In this document: positions 13,301-24,496 of the stretch, one piece after another | How positions within the stretch are numbered: position 1 is the stretch's first letter | Layout of the letters: every line of letters starts with the position of its first letter | Translations under genes and position numbers: made by a program | The notes under the pieces: model-generated | Database searches by the model: none | What the model saw: only the letters and a program-made list of their open reading frames with translations | What the model was told of the DNA's origin: nothing | NCBI GenBank assembly: GCA_903813345.2 | Contig: CAIIXF020000001.1 | Location: forward strand, 14,570,001-14,634,000 | Direction of reading: 5' to 3' | Length of the DNA stretch: 64,000 bases | Origin: Owenia fusiformis | Taxonomy: Eukaryota

Positions 13301-15101
13301 CTAGAAACCAAATACTCAATTAAATGTCTGTCTCATTGCGTCGAAAAACTATTGATATGACATGCAACAATACATAACCATTTGATATTTATTTGAGTTG
13401 CACTCACATCGATTTCGTTAGTTTGGCGCATTCACATATCAACTAATGACTACGTATTGAAATCTGTCTTCTCAAATGTTCAAAACGTGTAAATAATTTT
13501 CTGTTTTCGGAAATAAAATGATAAAGAAACTTCATGTCGTTTGTCTCTGTAAAATTACTTATCAATGACACGTTGGAAAGTCATGACCTTTGCGAATCGC
13601 TTTTTCTTATATACAGGTCAATATGAAATGGTAGGTTTGCTGCAAATTGAATGACATAGAATGTTTTTATTTCGACATTCGTAAAATAATTCTGTAGACA
13701 ACGTGTCTGGCAAATGATTGATCGATTCCTTGAAAAAATCAATCATATAAAAGGTTTCACACGTAATGGGTTGCCAAACTTGTAATGGGAAGTGTATAGT
13801 CAGATTTGGCATGAGAATGACTCATTCATCAATTGTGATACTTATTTATCGATAGAGTGCGATGGAGTCTATTCAATACTGGAAAATTACAACTCTAGTA
13901 GCATCAAAAACATATTAATAATTCACATCGGGGAGCGATCCGAAACAAAGGTAAAAACAAAGGAGTCCGTTGGTATAGAATGAGCAATCCCCAGGGGACC
14001 AAACGTATAATATTAACGATGAATAAATGATATGGTAGAAAGGTATTTTTGAATTAGAGTGATTCGTCATTGTGCTATTTGATATTATACATGTATATAG
14101 GAGAACATACCTGTATCTGAAGTTATCCATCCACCCATCTCTTGGACTATGTTCTGCAAGAACTTCAACTCGTCCTTCCGCGATAAAACGTCTAAGCAGC
14201 TATTATAGAAATGTCTGATCTTACTTTCAAACGACGTGACAACAATTTTGTCGCCAACAGTACCCTCGTCAGCGTTAACTGTGTGCGTATTACTTAGTAT
14301 ATCATGGAGGTTTTGAAACTGTTTTTGAATTAGAAACTCTTGTTCCCCATGAGTAGTTATTTCAATGAATTGATTAGATGGGTCAGTATTCATGTTGCCG
14401 CAAATGTATCTCATTGGTGATTCGCATGGGGAAACTGTTAGGTCCATGCCTCGTAGTATGCCTAGAGACGCCAGGGCACAATTCCTGGATGAACACAAAT
14501 TTGCCAAAGAGCAAGTACTAGAATTGACGTACACGGTTGTGGGCATACATGTCGTTTCTACTGGGTCACTTAAAGCTGGTCGATTCGGGTCTGTTAAGAC
14601 TACTATGAGCGATATACTGAGACAGAAAAACGAAAATGAGCAAATGGCCAATATGACTTCCCTTCCTCTTAAATTGATATCTGGATACTTATCACATCCC
14701 AACATTGGAATATTCTTGAACTTGTCATGGAGTTCCTTTTCAACAGCTGTGTCCAACTTCTGGTTGGTGGACGGACTTGGACATTTTTCTGGCGCTTTGG
14801 ATTTTGGTTCCATCACACTTGCTTTTGTGTCGGGACATTTGGCGTCGAATGTCACCATCGAGCAGCATTCATCTTGCGATGTGCTTGGTACACTATCTGC
14901 ATAATGTATCGGAGAATTGCGCAGTGGTTTGAGGTGATCATCCATGGGTTCCTTAAATGAAACGCTGGGACCAAGAGCCTCATTTTTATCAATTAGTTCC
15001 TCAATGACTTCCAGTTCGATATGATCAGGGTCTTCCTCTATGGTGCATTTTTGTCTATTACATTGAGACTCGACGAGTCGTTTACTAGACTGATGGCCCA
15101 T
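4328..15101 (-). CDS. Neprilysin/endothelin-converting enzyme-like (peptidase M13) type II membrane protein, predicted catalytically inactive; 15 coding exons, 826 aa
   Basis: Exons 15101-14111, 13274-13147, 12266-12162, 11691-11620, 10132-10014, 9838-9631, 9525-9427, 9166-9101, 8461-8349, 7980-7913, 7689-7638, 5803-5566, 5212-5123, 4972-4926, 4412-4328. All junctions are GT-AG, phases join, and the 2481 nt are open. M13 landmarks in order: TM (VILAICSFSFFCLSISLIVVL), CSSRNC, MDLTVSPCE..YICG, KIRHFYNSCLD, MGGW, PNVNW, NFMIWTVI, WMDEQTK, YDPSSNSIDIP, C-terminal FSCP..KC. Confidence 0.9.
5426..5533. mobile_element. Small hairpin MITE (AGTCT...AGACT ends); related copy at about 2560-2647
   Basis: AGTCTAGCTGCAAGACCCTGTGACCCC pairs imperfectly with GGGGTCACAAAGGCTCGAAGCAAGACT. 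Similar ends at 2560-2647. Confidence 0.5.
6238..7493. mobile_element. Non-autonomous TIR element with long imperfect inverted arms and internal short repeats
   Basis: 6241-6276 pairs with 7454-7490, and 6301-6362 with 7230-7297. Internal GAATATGGCATA/GAATATGCCATA repeats lie at 6586-6780 and 7097-7172. TSD unclear. Confidence 0.7.
8559..9022. mobile_element. Degenerate palindromic MITE, CACTGTG terminus, diverged relative of 12580-13116
   Basis: Left CACTGTGGTGGAACTCTT pairs with right AAGAGTTCCACCAC, whose terminal AGTG is missing. ATAAA flanks both sides. Internal blocks align by eye with the 12580 element (AGGTACGATTTTT vs AGGCACGATTTTT; CAGAATCATCGAT vs CAGAATCGTCGAT). Confidence 0.7.
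10363..11345. mobile_element. Foldback MITE, 983 bp, CAC...GTG ends, 5-bp TSD ACACT (Transib-like signature)
   Basis: Arms of about 460 bp are near-perfect reverse complements (CACGGGGTACCATCGAAT... / ...ATTCGATGGTACCCCGTG). ACACT at 10358-10362 and 11346-11350. Confidence 0.92.
11437..11611. mobile_element. Short MITE (PIF/Harbinger-like ends)
   Basis: TIR GCCTCAGTCGCATTTGATCTACGG pairs with CCGTAGATCAAATATGACTGAGGC, flanked by TAA/TTA-like sequence. It sits a few bases from the splice donor at 11618-11619. Confidence 0.7.
12580..13116. mobile_element. Foldback MITE, 537 bp, CAC...GTG ends, 5-bp TSD AATAT (Transib-like signature)
   Basis: CACTGGTGATCCAC... pairs with ...GTGGATCACCAGTG; arms about 250 bp. 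AATAT at 12575-12579 and 13117-13121. Confidence 0.92.
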
Positions 15102-16433
15102 AACCCTGGGCGTCGCTTCACTGGTTTCCAAAAGCACTATAAACTGACTATGTGCTAATACTGTATCCTATCGATTCGGCTACAACTGCTTTTGTGTCAA
15201 TTAATTGTATATTTGATAACACGCTCATGTTCTACCTACCTGTAGAAATCAATGAACTGTTAACATGAAGTTTAGGGATTCGCTATTGTATTACACCAAT
15301 ACTACTAAATGCATTATACATGTTGTTACGTGCTGATGTCTAAATATACTTTATAAATGCATGCATTTCTGAAAACAGTTTGAAAATGTGTAATATGAGC
15401 CATGTATCTTTAAGTTACATTAAAATATCACTTTTTACTGAACCCAATATCAGGATATCTAAAGATGTGGTACCTGTGCGCTGTCATCTTGCTTCATTAA
15501 GATTCGGACCTCGTAGAACGTAGTGATTAAGCGTGGGAACCGATAATGGTGCACTATCATAAATATCGTTGAATGTATTTTACATGGTCCCATCTTTTGC
15601 TCTTTCGAACTTTTCCAAGTCTTTTCCATGAACATTTCGGGAAACACATTTCATAAGCTGTACTTGTCATTTCTATATGATTTGCAATTATTTTAGAGCA
15701 AAATGGCTATTTTTAGTTCTGTGCCATAACGTCAGTTTTGGGCTCAAGACAAAATGCCAATGCTTGACTTTTATCTTGGTTGGTCTCTTATATCCTCATT
15801 AATGATATGATACAAAGCAAATATGCAATATCAGTTAAAAGGAGTCTTGGTTGCAAACACATTGTCTGTTATTTGTAAAATATGCGACACTTAACAACGT
15901 ATATATCGGTTTCTAGTAAAAGCAAAACACTCAAATGTACAATTGCTAAACCTAAAGTATATTGAACAATTTCATAAATATTTTATAGCCATATATTTTA
16001 TCACATTAAGAATATACCTTTCCAATAAATCCTGGCCTCTTTTGGTGAACCAGTGAAACTTATATATACTGTATATTGACTAGATTTATGATGCCACACT
16101 TTCCAGGCAGTAACAAAATCGAACTTAATAATTGTTCATCCTATTTTTTCTGCGTTAAAACTTCAAGAGTGACACCATAAACAATGGCATTGCATGATTT
16201 AGTGGATTTGTCTTTTATATTATTTCATGCCAAGTACAAGCACTCACTATATATATTATCGTTATTGATATATGGTATGACATATTCTATGACTAGATAT
16301 GTGCCCTTGCTGCACTGAAAGACCTCATGAATTCAGTCTCAAATAATCCTCGTATGTATAATATGGATGTCCATCGAAATTCCGATTAATGCTGAGAGCT
16401 TTGGTCTTATAATTCATACTTCGCATTTTTCAT

Positions 16434-18777
16434 TTAATCTTCATCACCACTCGATGCTTGGTCATCTTCTCCAGCAGTTGGTTTAGCTTGTTTCGCAGGC
16501 TTGTCTTTCTTATCCATGAGTAACGTCGTTGGAAGTGTTCCGCTAGCAGCACAGCATGGAGTAAATTCAGATGCAGATGTAGCAACACCACGGGCAGAAA
16601 TTTCATTGAAATCCCGGGCGTTCTGTCCAAGAACCTCGCGGTCTTCAAAGTGCTTTCGAATGACCGTCTTCCATGCTGGTTTTGTTTCGTATTGTATCAT
16701 GTTTTCTGCGACGTCCTTGAAAGCAGCAGTATCACTATCCGGGGCTTTGGTATAAGAGAGAATGACAAGCGAAATGATGTGCTTACCGACCCGATACAAG
16801 CTTTCCGTTTGGTCATACTTATCTTGTTTCCTATATAAGGCAAAGATGTCTGCTAAGATATGATAGACTGCCCCTGTCAGTACCCTTGACAGCCTATGGT
16901 ACTCTCTTCCAGCTTGCGACATGGTCAAGTCGTTATCAGCGTTACGAAGGCCATACTGGCGCCCTAGAGCAACACCGAACTCCTCTGCGATTAGATTGAA
17001 GAAGAAGCGCTGATGAAGATCCCCTTTGGATTCTGCGATGATTGCAGCGCATGTATCCATTCGGCTTAACAGTAAGAACATCGCCGTCAAATCCCCGAAT
17101 GCCTCATGCAGGGCGCCGTTTTCAGATCTGGTGGTATGCAACCACTGTGGCTTTAAGCTATCTAGAATCGCATGGCCAGTTTCGTGAGCCACCACATCAA
17201 GAGATCTGCAGCTGTAGACCATGTCCCCTTGTCCTCTTACTGGAGCCGTGTAGAAAAAGCAGAGAGCCTTCCACTCGCGCTTATAAAACGCGTTTTGCCA
17301 GTTACCAGCGTGAGGGTGAACTCGTATGGGTTGGTCTCCCCACTGCCATTTGAAATTATCTGTGATATTCAATCGATTCAAAGCACGTTCATACATAGTC
17401 ACAACAAGGCGGACAATCGAATAGGTATGGACCGCATCAAAGTTAACAGCATCCCTTTCAAGGTTCAACAGGAAGTCGCCATTTGGGTCTCTTGGAATTC
17501 TGGGTATGCCTGTAACACATAAATGGCATTCCATTTAGACAACCAGTCCATTAACAGGTTAGAGTTTATCCACTTGAAAAATAGCAAGCGAATGCTTTAG
17601 TTAATAATATTAGGAGAACATCGTAACTTCACAACTGTTTACTCAACCTTAGCTTCCAAGTCTAAAAAACGATAACTAATAGTTTACGTATACATTGCAG
17701 CTTCATGGTAACATTCTATTTTCTAGTATCTGTAAAATAGGATACAACTAATACAATTTAAAAACGTAAAAATATTGTCACACGCGGACAAGAGTAAACA
17801 ATGGACCAACCTTCAATTTTGAACACCTTTCCACCACCCATCGGGTACCATTTTGTCCTGCTTGCGATTGTAATCTTTTTGTCGCGTGGACCATCTGATA
17901 CCTGTACAAAAAGAGCAAAATGTACAATGTCCATTATAGATGTGTCACATGTTCAAGATTTTAAAGACATGATTCTAAAATAGTTTAAAATTTCACTTAT
18001 ATATTAATGATGTAATGTAAGATGTGACAACTTTGTTTTTCTTTCTTTTTAGCGAGGAATGAGAGATATTGGAGGTAGCTTTCACATCACAAATAAAGTT
18101 CCATGTTTACTGACATAATCAAAATGTATCAATATGTTCTAAATAGACATGCCTCCTTTCCTATAGGTCTGATACATAGATGCTTCGGAAGGAAGTTTGG
18201 AAATAATGACTGCCCGAATGTACAATATGTTTATGTTTAGAAATTCTCACAATTCTAAAATTTCTTCACTGTCATCATTCCCTGTGATGCCTGTTGTCTA
18301 TAATTATTATATCTTTATTTTCCCATTATTCATCGAGCATTTTAACGTAATTACATGTTAATAAAGTGTATAAAAATTTCAATCGAAGTTTTTTGTTTTT
18401 TTACAAAATGGTAGTAATTTACATCATTTATACATTTATGTCAAGCAATAAGCTCTTATACCTTATATTATTATTACTTTACATGTTGTAATCTGGAAAC
18501 GCTGGAACCAATGAGATTCCATTAACATATACCGATTTGTTTATTTGTCCCAATATTTTACTTAGAATGCTTAATGATTTTTGAAAAATATGTTTTCAAG
18601 AGTTTGCACTCTGCGTTCTGCCTTTAATTACAATCGTCTAATCAACTTTAAGAAACAAACTTGACGTCGGGCTATAAATAGACCAATACATACCTTTCCA
18701 TCTATAAATTCAGTTCTAATTCCAAGTGCTTTGACGCTGGGGTCTTGCTTCCAGATCTTAACCTTACTTCCAGACAT
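16434..18777 (-). CDS. Thermolysin(M4)/M36-like zinc metallopeptidase (gluzincin), 3 coding exons, 416 aa, no signal peptide
   Basis: Exons 18777-18694 (MSGSKVKIWKQDPSVKALGIRTEFIDGK), 17901-17811 (VSDGPRDKKITI...KIE) and 17509-16434, GT-AG with phases 0 and 1, 1251 nt open. Motifs QNAFY, SLDVVAHETGH, GALHEAFGD and EYHRLS match thermolysin NAFW, IDVVAHELTH, GAINEAISD and GVHxNS. Confidence 0.9.
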
Positions 18778-19318
18778 TATTGTTCTCTTTTTCCAAAGAT
18801 GGGTAGACAGACCTGGCTACTCCTACCGCATATACCTCTGTTTCATTCAAGTGTGCTTGATAAATCGCCTGGCACTTTCCTCACAAAGTTCTTGGCAATG
18901 TTACGCTGCTCCCATTTGTGCATTATTTGAAGTGGTGCTAGGTGTTTAAAAACGTCTCATCGCGTTGGCCCGGTAGGTTAGTAATCTTTTAGATAGGAGG
19001 TGAAGAAATTGAGAATAATACATTCTAATGATAAGAGTATGTCCAGCATTCCTTAGAGGTCATAAATATTAAGGATCCTTTAACATGTTAAGGTCAAAAG
19101 ATATTGCATATAAAAATACCTGAGTTTACTATTCTACTATTAGTCTATATGTCTGATCGTATAGTATACTATTTACGTACAGATTTAGTGGTGTATGTGT
19201 TTTATCACTACCTTTAAAGCGATGAATAAGTAACTACACGTATTGTTCGGGAGTAGTTTTATGGTGACAAGAAATGTAAAATGATTAATACTCATCGTAC
19301 ATCTACTAATGCTCATAG

Positions 19319-19804
19319 CTGTGGCGCATATGGCTTTGGTATGGGCCAAAAATAATGTTAATGCCCAAAAGATTTTGTTGCATCAATATGTTGCGTTTTG
19401 GGAAAATAACATGGGAAATATTGTTTTCCACTTTATCTAAGAGGAATCACTTATTCCTTTGAAGGGGTTAACGGTATGTCAAAACATAACATATTGATGC
19501 AAGAAAAATTAAAAAAGTATGGGTGGAAGGGGTTGAAAATCAGGAAAACATTTCAGAAAAAACATGTGGGTGGGTTGTTTGCATCTTCCCTGTCTCAAAG
19601 TCGAAAATATTATCATCTCTAGGAGTGCTTTTCCTGGAGGTAATGCATTGGTTTTACATATGAATCTGTTTAAATACTCAGAATATAGCCAAAATCCAAC
19701 ATATGAACATCCAAAATCTGTTGCGATACTCTCCCTACTCCTTTTCAAAATTGGGACTTTGTAATTTCAATGCGACCCAGAAATTCCCCTCAGATCCGCC
19801 CCTG
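19319..19804. mobile_element. Degenerate CAG-type MITE with 5-bp TSD CATAG (hAT5-like)
   Basis: Right end CAGATCCGCCCCTG, degenerate left end CTGTGGCGCAT. CATAG at 19314-19318 and 19805-19809. Confidence 0.55.
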
Positions 19805-19920
19805 CATAGTGAACGCTGTGTATCTATTCTGTTGAAAGATTTTGCCAAGATGGCTTAATTCCTCTTCTACTTGAAAAAAATCGGATATTCGATAGTTGTG
19901 TCTGAAATTAGCTATATTTA

Positions 19921-20051
19921 AGGATTTAAGGCCTGGACTGGTGCAATTTGGAATGGCCATTTTTGAAGGTGTTGCTTTCCAAAATTAATTAAGGAAACAA
20001 CGCCTGAAGAAATGGTCATTCCACGATGCATTCAGTCTTGGGCTTAGATTC
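19921..20051. repeat. Degenerate palindrome of about 130 bp
   Basis: TGGAATGGCCATTTTT..GGTGTTGCTTTCC pairs with GGAAACAACGCC..AAATGGTCATTCCA around an AT loop. Confidence 0.5.
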
Positions 20052-20712
20052 TTCACACACATTTCAAAATATTTTCTAATATATCACTTAAAAGATACAA
20101 AATCACTAAAAGAACAAATATTAAATGAACCCTTTTGCGAGGGTCAAGTTGGCAAAGCATTAATTTCAATCTGTAGAGACAAGTTGTCACCTTGACAACC
20201 AGATAAGGAATGACTTTGGATGCGATGATTGGTGATATAATGCACTGCAGTTCTATGAAATACTATGTTCGGATTGGGTGGAATCGGACACACCTTGCCT
20301 AGCTATGTGTGAATATTTTTTTGTGTAGACTTGAGTGACATGTGTATCCGAAAGCTGACATAATAGACATTAAACCCTTCTGCATATCATAACCTCAAGG
20401 TTTTGAGATGGTACCACTAATTAAAGAGAAGGAACTTGATGCAAGATCATCATAAAGCCAGACTCCCAAGAATTCCTTGTATTTGATACTTGATAAAACA
20501 TAGATATGTATAAACAAAATAATAGTCTTGCTCCTTCTGCATTCCTTACCAGTGTGTAGTTAATTGTTTATTTGATTATACGGTCAATGTAATCGTTATA
20601 AAACACGAGATGTTTAATATCCATGCATATTTGAAGCAGCTTTAAGTCATGCAAAATGAAAAATAAAATATCTCGTGATATGTGGTGGTGGTTCATCCGT
20701 GTTAACAACTTG

Positions 20713-20940
20713 CAGGGGCGTAGCCAGTAATTGTCAGAGGGGTGCGCCTTTTGATTTGCATCACTGCGAGCGAAGCGAGCCCCAAAAATTTGAAAATTTA
20801 CATTGTATATGACCTACATTTTAAGCATTTCAAATTTTAATTTGTTAATTTGTTTTTTCAGCAAATGCAAAATTGCTTTTTTCTTTTGGGGTGGTGGCAC
20901 CCATCGCACCCCCCCCCCCTCGCCTCCGGCTACGCCCATG
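20713..20940. mobile_element. hAT-like MITE (CAGGGGCGTAGCC TIR)
   Basis: CAGGGGCGTAGCC / GGCTACGCCCATG ends. Flanks AACTTG and AAGTTG form an imperfect 6-bp TSD. Confidence 0.7.
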
Positions 20941-21987
20941 AAGTTGTGAGCAAAGTGGTGCTATAAACGAATTTTCCTAATCATGATTATTAAAGATTTT
21001 AATTTCTTCATTATGATATCGTTATATATATCTGGTGGTCTGGTGTTTTTACTTCTCATATCTTTCCCTGGTTTAGAGTTCGTAACTTCGTAATTAATAT
21101 CTGTCTGCCATGACACGTGTTTTGTGAACTTTGAATGTTGATTAGATAACTCATAGTCTCAGTTTCATATTTTGAATTTTATTGACATTTATTTGGCGAA
21201 ACCTTATATAAAAGTAAGATAAAAACGCCAATGTGCAATTGATATGCTCTCTTAATAGTCACATAAAATATGAAGGTATTTGAAGGTTAAGTGCTTGAAT
21301 ATGATACGCAAATCACCAATAAAATAAAAAACAAAGCATGCAAAAATGTCGCAACCTACCATTTGTTACAGACGCGACGCCGAACACCAATCGCTGATCA
21401 CCAACCGCAGACCACTTACCACCGAGCCTGTGATAGTGATGTAAAAACTCTATTGGTTGTCATTTTTAAACCTACATAAAATGTATCATCACAGTACGTA
21501 TACAAGGATTGACTTCTTACTTTAAGGAAATCTACTCGGTTTTCGTTCGGTCAAAGAGCGATCGATATTTTTGTGTACTGACGTCGAAATGCATCGGCGA
21601 TATTGAGATTTAAAAATGCTGCAAGATAAACGGACAGAAAGGGGCAAAATATGAAACCTTGGTCTCGGCTTATAGTATCAGGACATAATTTTGATAGCTA
21701 TCAACCTAAGCTAAAGTAAATAATTGAAGTCAAAACTCTTTTGTCAGTCATTATTAAGTATTGACTAAAAAATACCAATTACTTTTCTGTGCCAATGAAG
21801 AAAATTCAATGATACCAGAACAGATTGGTCAGAAGATATTTGGTGCACGAGTGTTACCCAAAACGTTTGGCTCGAGTTTCGGCAAACATTATCCTTTTCG
21901 TAGTACAATCCTGTTTCACTTTCAATGATTTTCAAATGTATATTTTGTGTTTTAATTAATTAAGTTTGAAGGAATAACACTCTTATA

Positions 21988-22601
21988 CAGGGTGGGCCAA
22001 AAAACGCCATTTTTTCAAAATACTATAACTTTTTTATTTTTTGATATTAAATCATAATTTGCATAACAAATGAAACTTGAAGTTGTTATCTAGCAATGGA
22101 TCATGAATTATACAGTACACTTTTACTTGAATAAAATATGTCACCAGCGTCTCACTTAAACATGTGGTGTGCCATGAGAAATAAGCATAATTTGCAAAAT
22201 GTTCCTGAACTGATACGGCCTGATGATCGCTAAGCTAATAGCCCTGATGCAAACCCCAGTGAGTATAGGGTATGGGAAGGTCTCCAGGAGATTGTATGAA
22301 GGCACCTAATCTAAAGCTGGCAATTAAGACAGGTTGAAAAAACTTAGCTAACATTTCATTGATACTGCAATATCAGCAAGGCGACTTAGACTAAAATATA
22401 TCATCAATTAGGGTGACGGACCAATTGAACTCGATCCCCTTTTAGATCAAATATAATCCAAGTTGAAGGACTTGTTACATTATATCATATTATTACTAAG
22501 AACCCTTGGCACTATATAATTGCAAAATTTGGAGTATGTAGTTTGGAAAATAAAAAAGTTGTAGTGTCTTGAAAAAAAGTGCCGTTTTTTGGCCCACCCT
22601 G
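21988..22601 (+). mobile_element. Tc1/mariner non-autonomous deletion derivative, TA TSD
   Basis: TA|CAGGGTGGGCCAAAAAACG ... CGTTTTTTGGCCCACCCTG|TA. Internal remnant reads PDDR*ANSPDANPSEYRVWEGLQE. A solo similar TIR lies at about 61728. Confidence 0.85.
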
Positions 22602-23129
22602 TATATAGTTTTATTTTTATGTAGATAACAAAAGTATGAATTTTGTTCGTTCAGTGCACTTTTAGAAGGCTAAAAACACAGAAGTGATAAACGGTTGAAC
22701 GGCGATAATAATTCACAAATTGTTTCAAGAATGTAAGGAAAGTAATATCAACTAATGTTTTAAGTAGTGAATAACTCAAGGATTAATTTTTAACCAGTGT
22801 TTTTACAATCAAAAGTATAAAGAGTGTGCCATTGTTGCTATAATAAATTAAGCCACACGTTTTTACGTTAAGCAGAATATCATAATGATAACAAAACAGA
22901 AAAATGAAATAATAGATACATCAATTTGATATTTTTGCTTCTTTGCTTTTGGCGGATTTTTCATAAGCTGTCCATCTATTAATAGAACCGCCTCAACGGG
23001 CATTCTATGCATTCATGTTGACTTAGCGTTTGTTTTGGACGGTTGTCATAAGTTGCTCAAATACATTCAATCACAAATCCAAGCTTTAATCGCAGTGTCT
23101 ATTGATTTTCTCATACAAGTTCATAGGTG

Positions 23130-23168
23130 TATAAAAGCCTACGTCATCGCATAGGTACTCATGCAAAT
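23130..23168 (+). promoter_or_regulatory. Possible promoter elements upstream of the 23423 gene
   Basis: TATAAAA at 23130, a CRE-like TACGTCA and an octamer ATGCAAAT at 23161 cluster about 290 bp before the ATG. Motif match only. Confidence 0.25.
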
Positions 23169-23422
23169 TTTAAACACAATGGGTTTACGTATACTACTAG
23201 ACCTATAACAGAGCTCTAGAATAAATATATTGTCGCAACGAATGGAAAACTCATCACAACACGTATTTCATAGCACAAGAATCGATTTGGAATATACAGT
23301 AGATACTTTATGGAAGAGCATCAAATGTAGAGAGTGTGCGGCATATATGATATCTATATAATTCGTGTGTATATACACATGGCTTGTAATTACTGGATTG
23401 TTTATACATAACTGTTTGTGAA

Positions 23423-24482
23423 ATGGGTAGCGGAGAGAGACGAGGTGGTGGTCGACGAGGAGGCAGAAGAATTGGCCCCAGATCTCATGGTATTCGCTTT
23501 GGTGGTCGTTCAAGATTTCGTGGTGGATTTGGAAGATCGTCTGGAGGAAGAATTAGAATTCAAGGCAAAGCAGGGATTGCGGTTTTATTAATATTTTTGG
23601 GGATTTTCATGTGTTTCCCGGGCATAGTGTTTACAGCAGCATTTTGTGATTTTGATTTCTCATATAGTTTCAATTCGTTTTGTATAACTGGACCGGTATT
23701 ACTAGGGACAGGATTGTGCCTTTTAGTGGGTGGTATAATCGCATGCATTGTATTCAAAAATAAATTTGGAAACGTTTCTGATAATGATGCAACTGTGGAA
23801 CATCAACTCCAACAACCACAAACTACTGTTACAAATGTGTCAGTCGTTGGTGGATCCACAGACCCATCCCAACAGCCACCTGTAGCACCAGTTCCACCTG
23901 TAGCACCAGTTCCACCGCCACAACCATTCCCTCCACAGTATAATATGTAAGTACATAGTACCATATATAGTCATTACTAATAGCACATATTCAGGTGAAT
24001 GTATTTACATTAATGATAAGGCATTAGATATTAATATTTGTTCGACGACTATATCCTTTAGCTTAATTGAAAAAGCAATCGATCCCAGCCTATATGAAAG
24101 CCTTAAAGTTATTCTAATTTTTCTTAACAGTTGATCCAGTGTTTCAATTATTTCCAGGGCACCCCAAGCCTATGGTTCATACATGTCGCCACAGTATCAA
24201 CCAACAGACACTCAAGCTCAGTATCCACCCTATCAACCAACAGACACTCAAGCTCAGTATCCTCCCCCTATCCCTGGAATGTATGATACAGGACTTCAGC
24301 CAATGGGTACAATGCCTCCTGGATATAACAACACGGGAGCATATAACACGCAGTATAACACAGGACAGTACTATACAAATGCGGACAATCCCGGAAAAAC
24401 ACGAGATGAAGGATCAGCGCCTGTTGATACTGGTCCTGATGTGCCACCTCCGACATATAGTGACGTAGTCAATCAAAAATAA
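23423..24482 (+). CDS. Two-TM membrane protein with N-terminal RGG/RG-rich tail and Pro/Gln/Tyr-rich C-tail ending in PPxY; 282 aa
   Basis: Exon 1 23423-23946 (donor gtaagt) and exon 2 24158-24482 (acceptor tttccag) join in phase 2, 849 nt. Two hydrophobic helices are separated by CDFDFSYSFNSFC. The C-terminus is DVPPPTYSDVVNQK. The architecture resembles TMEM171/TMEM174-type proteins. Confidence 0.85.
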
Positions 24483-24496
24483 ATGCCTGGACAATG

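Noticed and set aside
14392-14960. Plus-strand ORFs of 170 and 77 aa (also 16501-17522)
   Set aside because: Antisense shadows of real minus-strand exons, with no recognisable motifs.
17510-17534. ATG at 17534 as the start of an intronless peptidase
   Set aside because: MECHLCVT lies in the intron before the acceptor at 17510-17511. Two upstream exons join in frame and give a more coherent N-terminus.
16434-18777. Bacterial contamination or a recent raw DNA insertion
   Set aside because: The gene has two canonical AT-rich spliceosomal introns and no flanking bacterial genes or operon structure.
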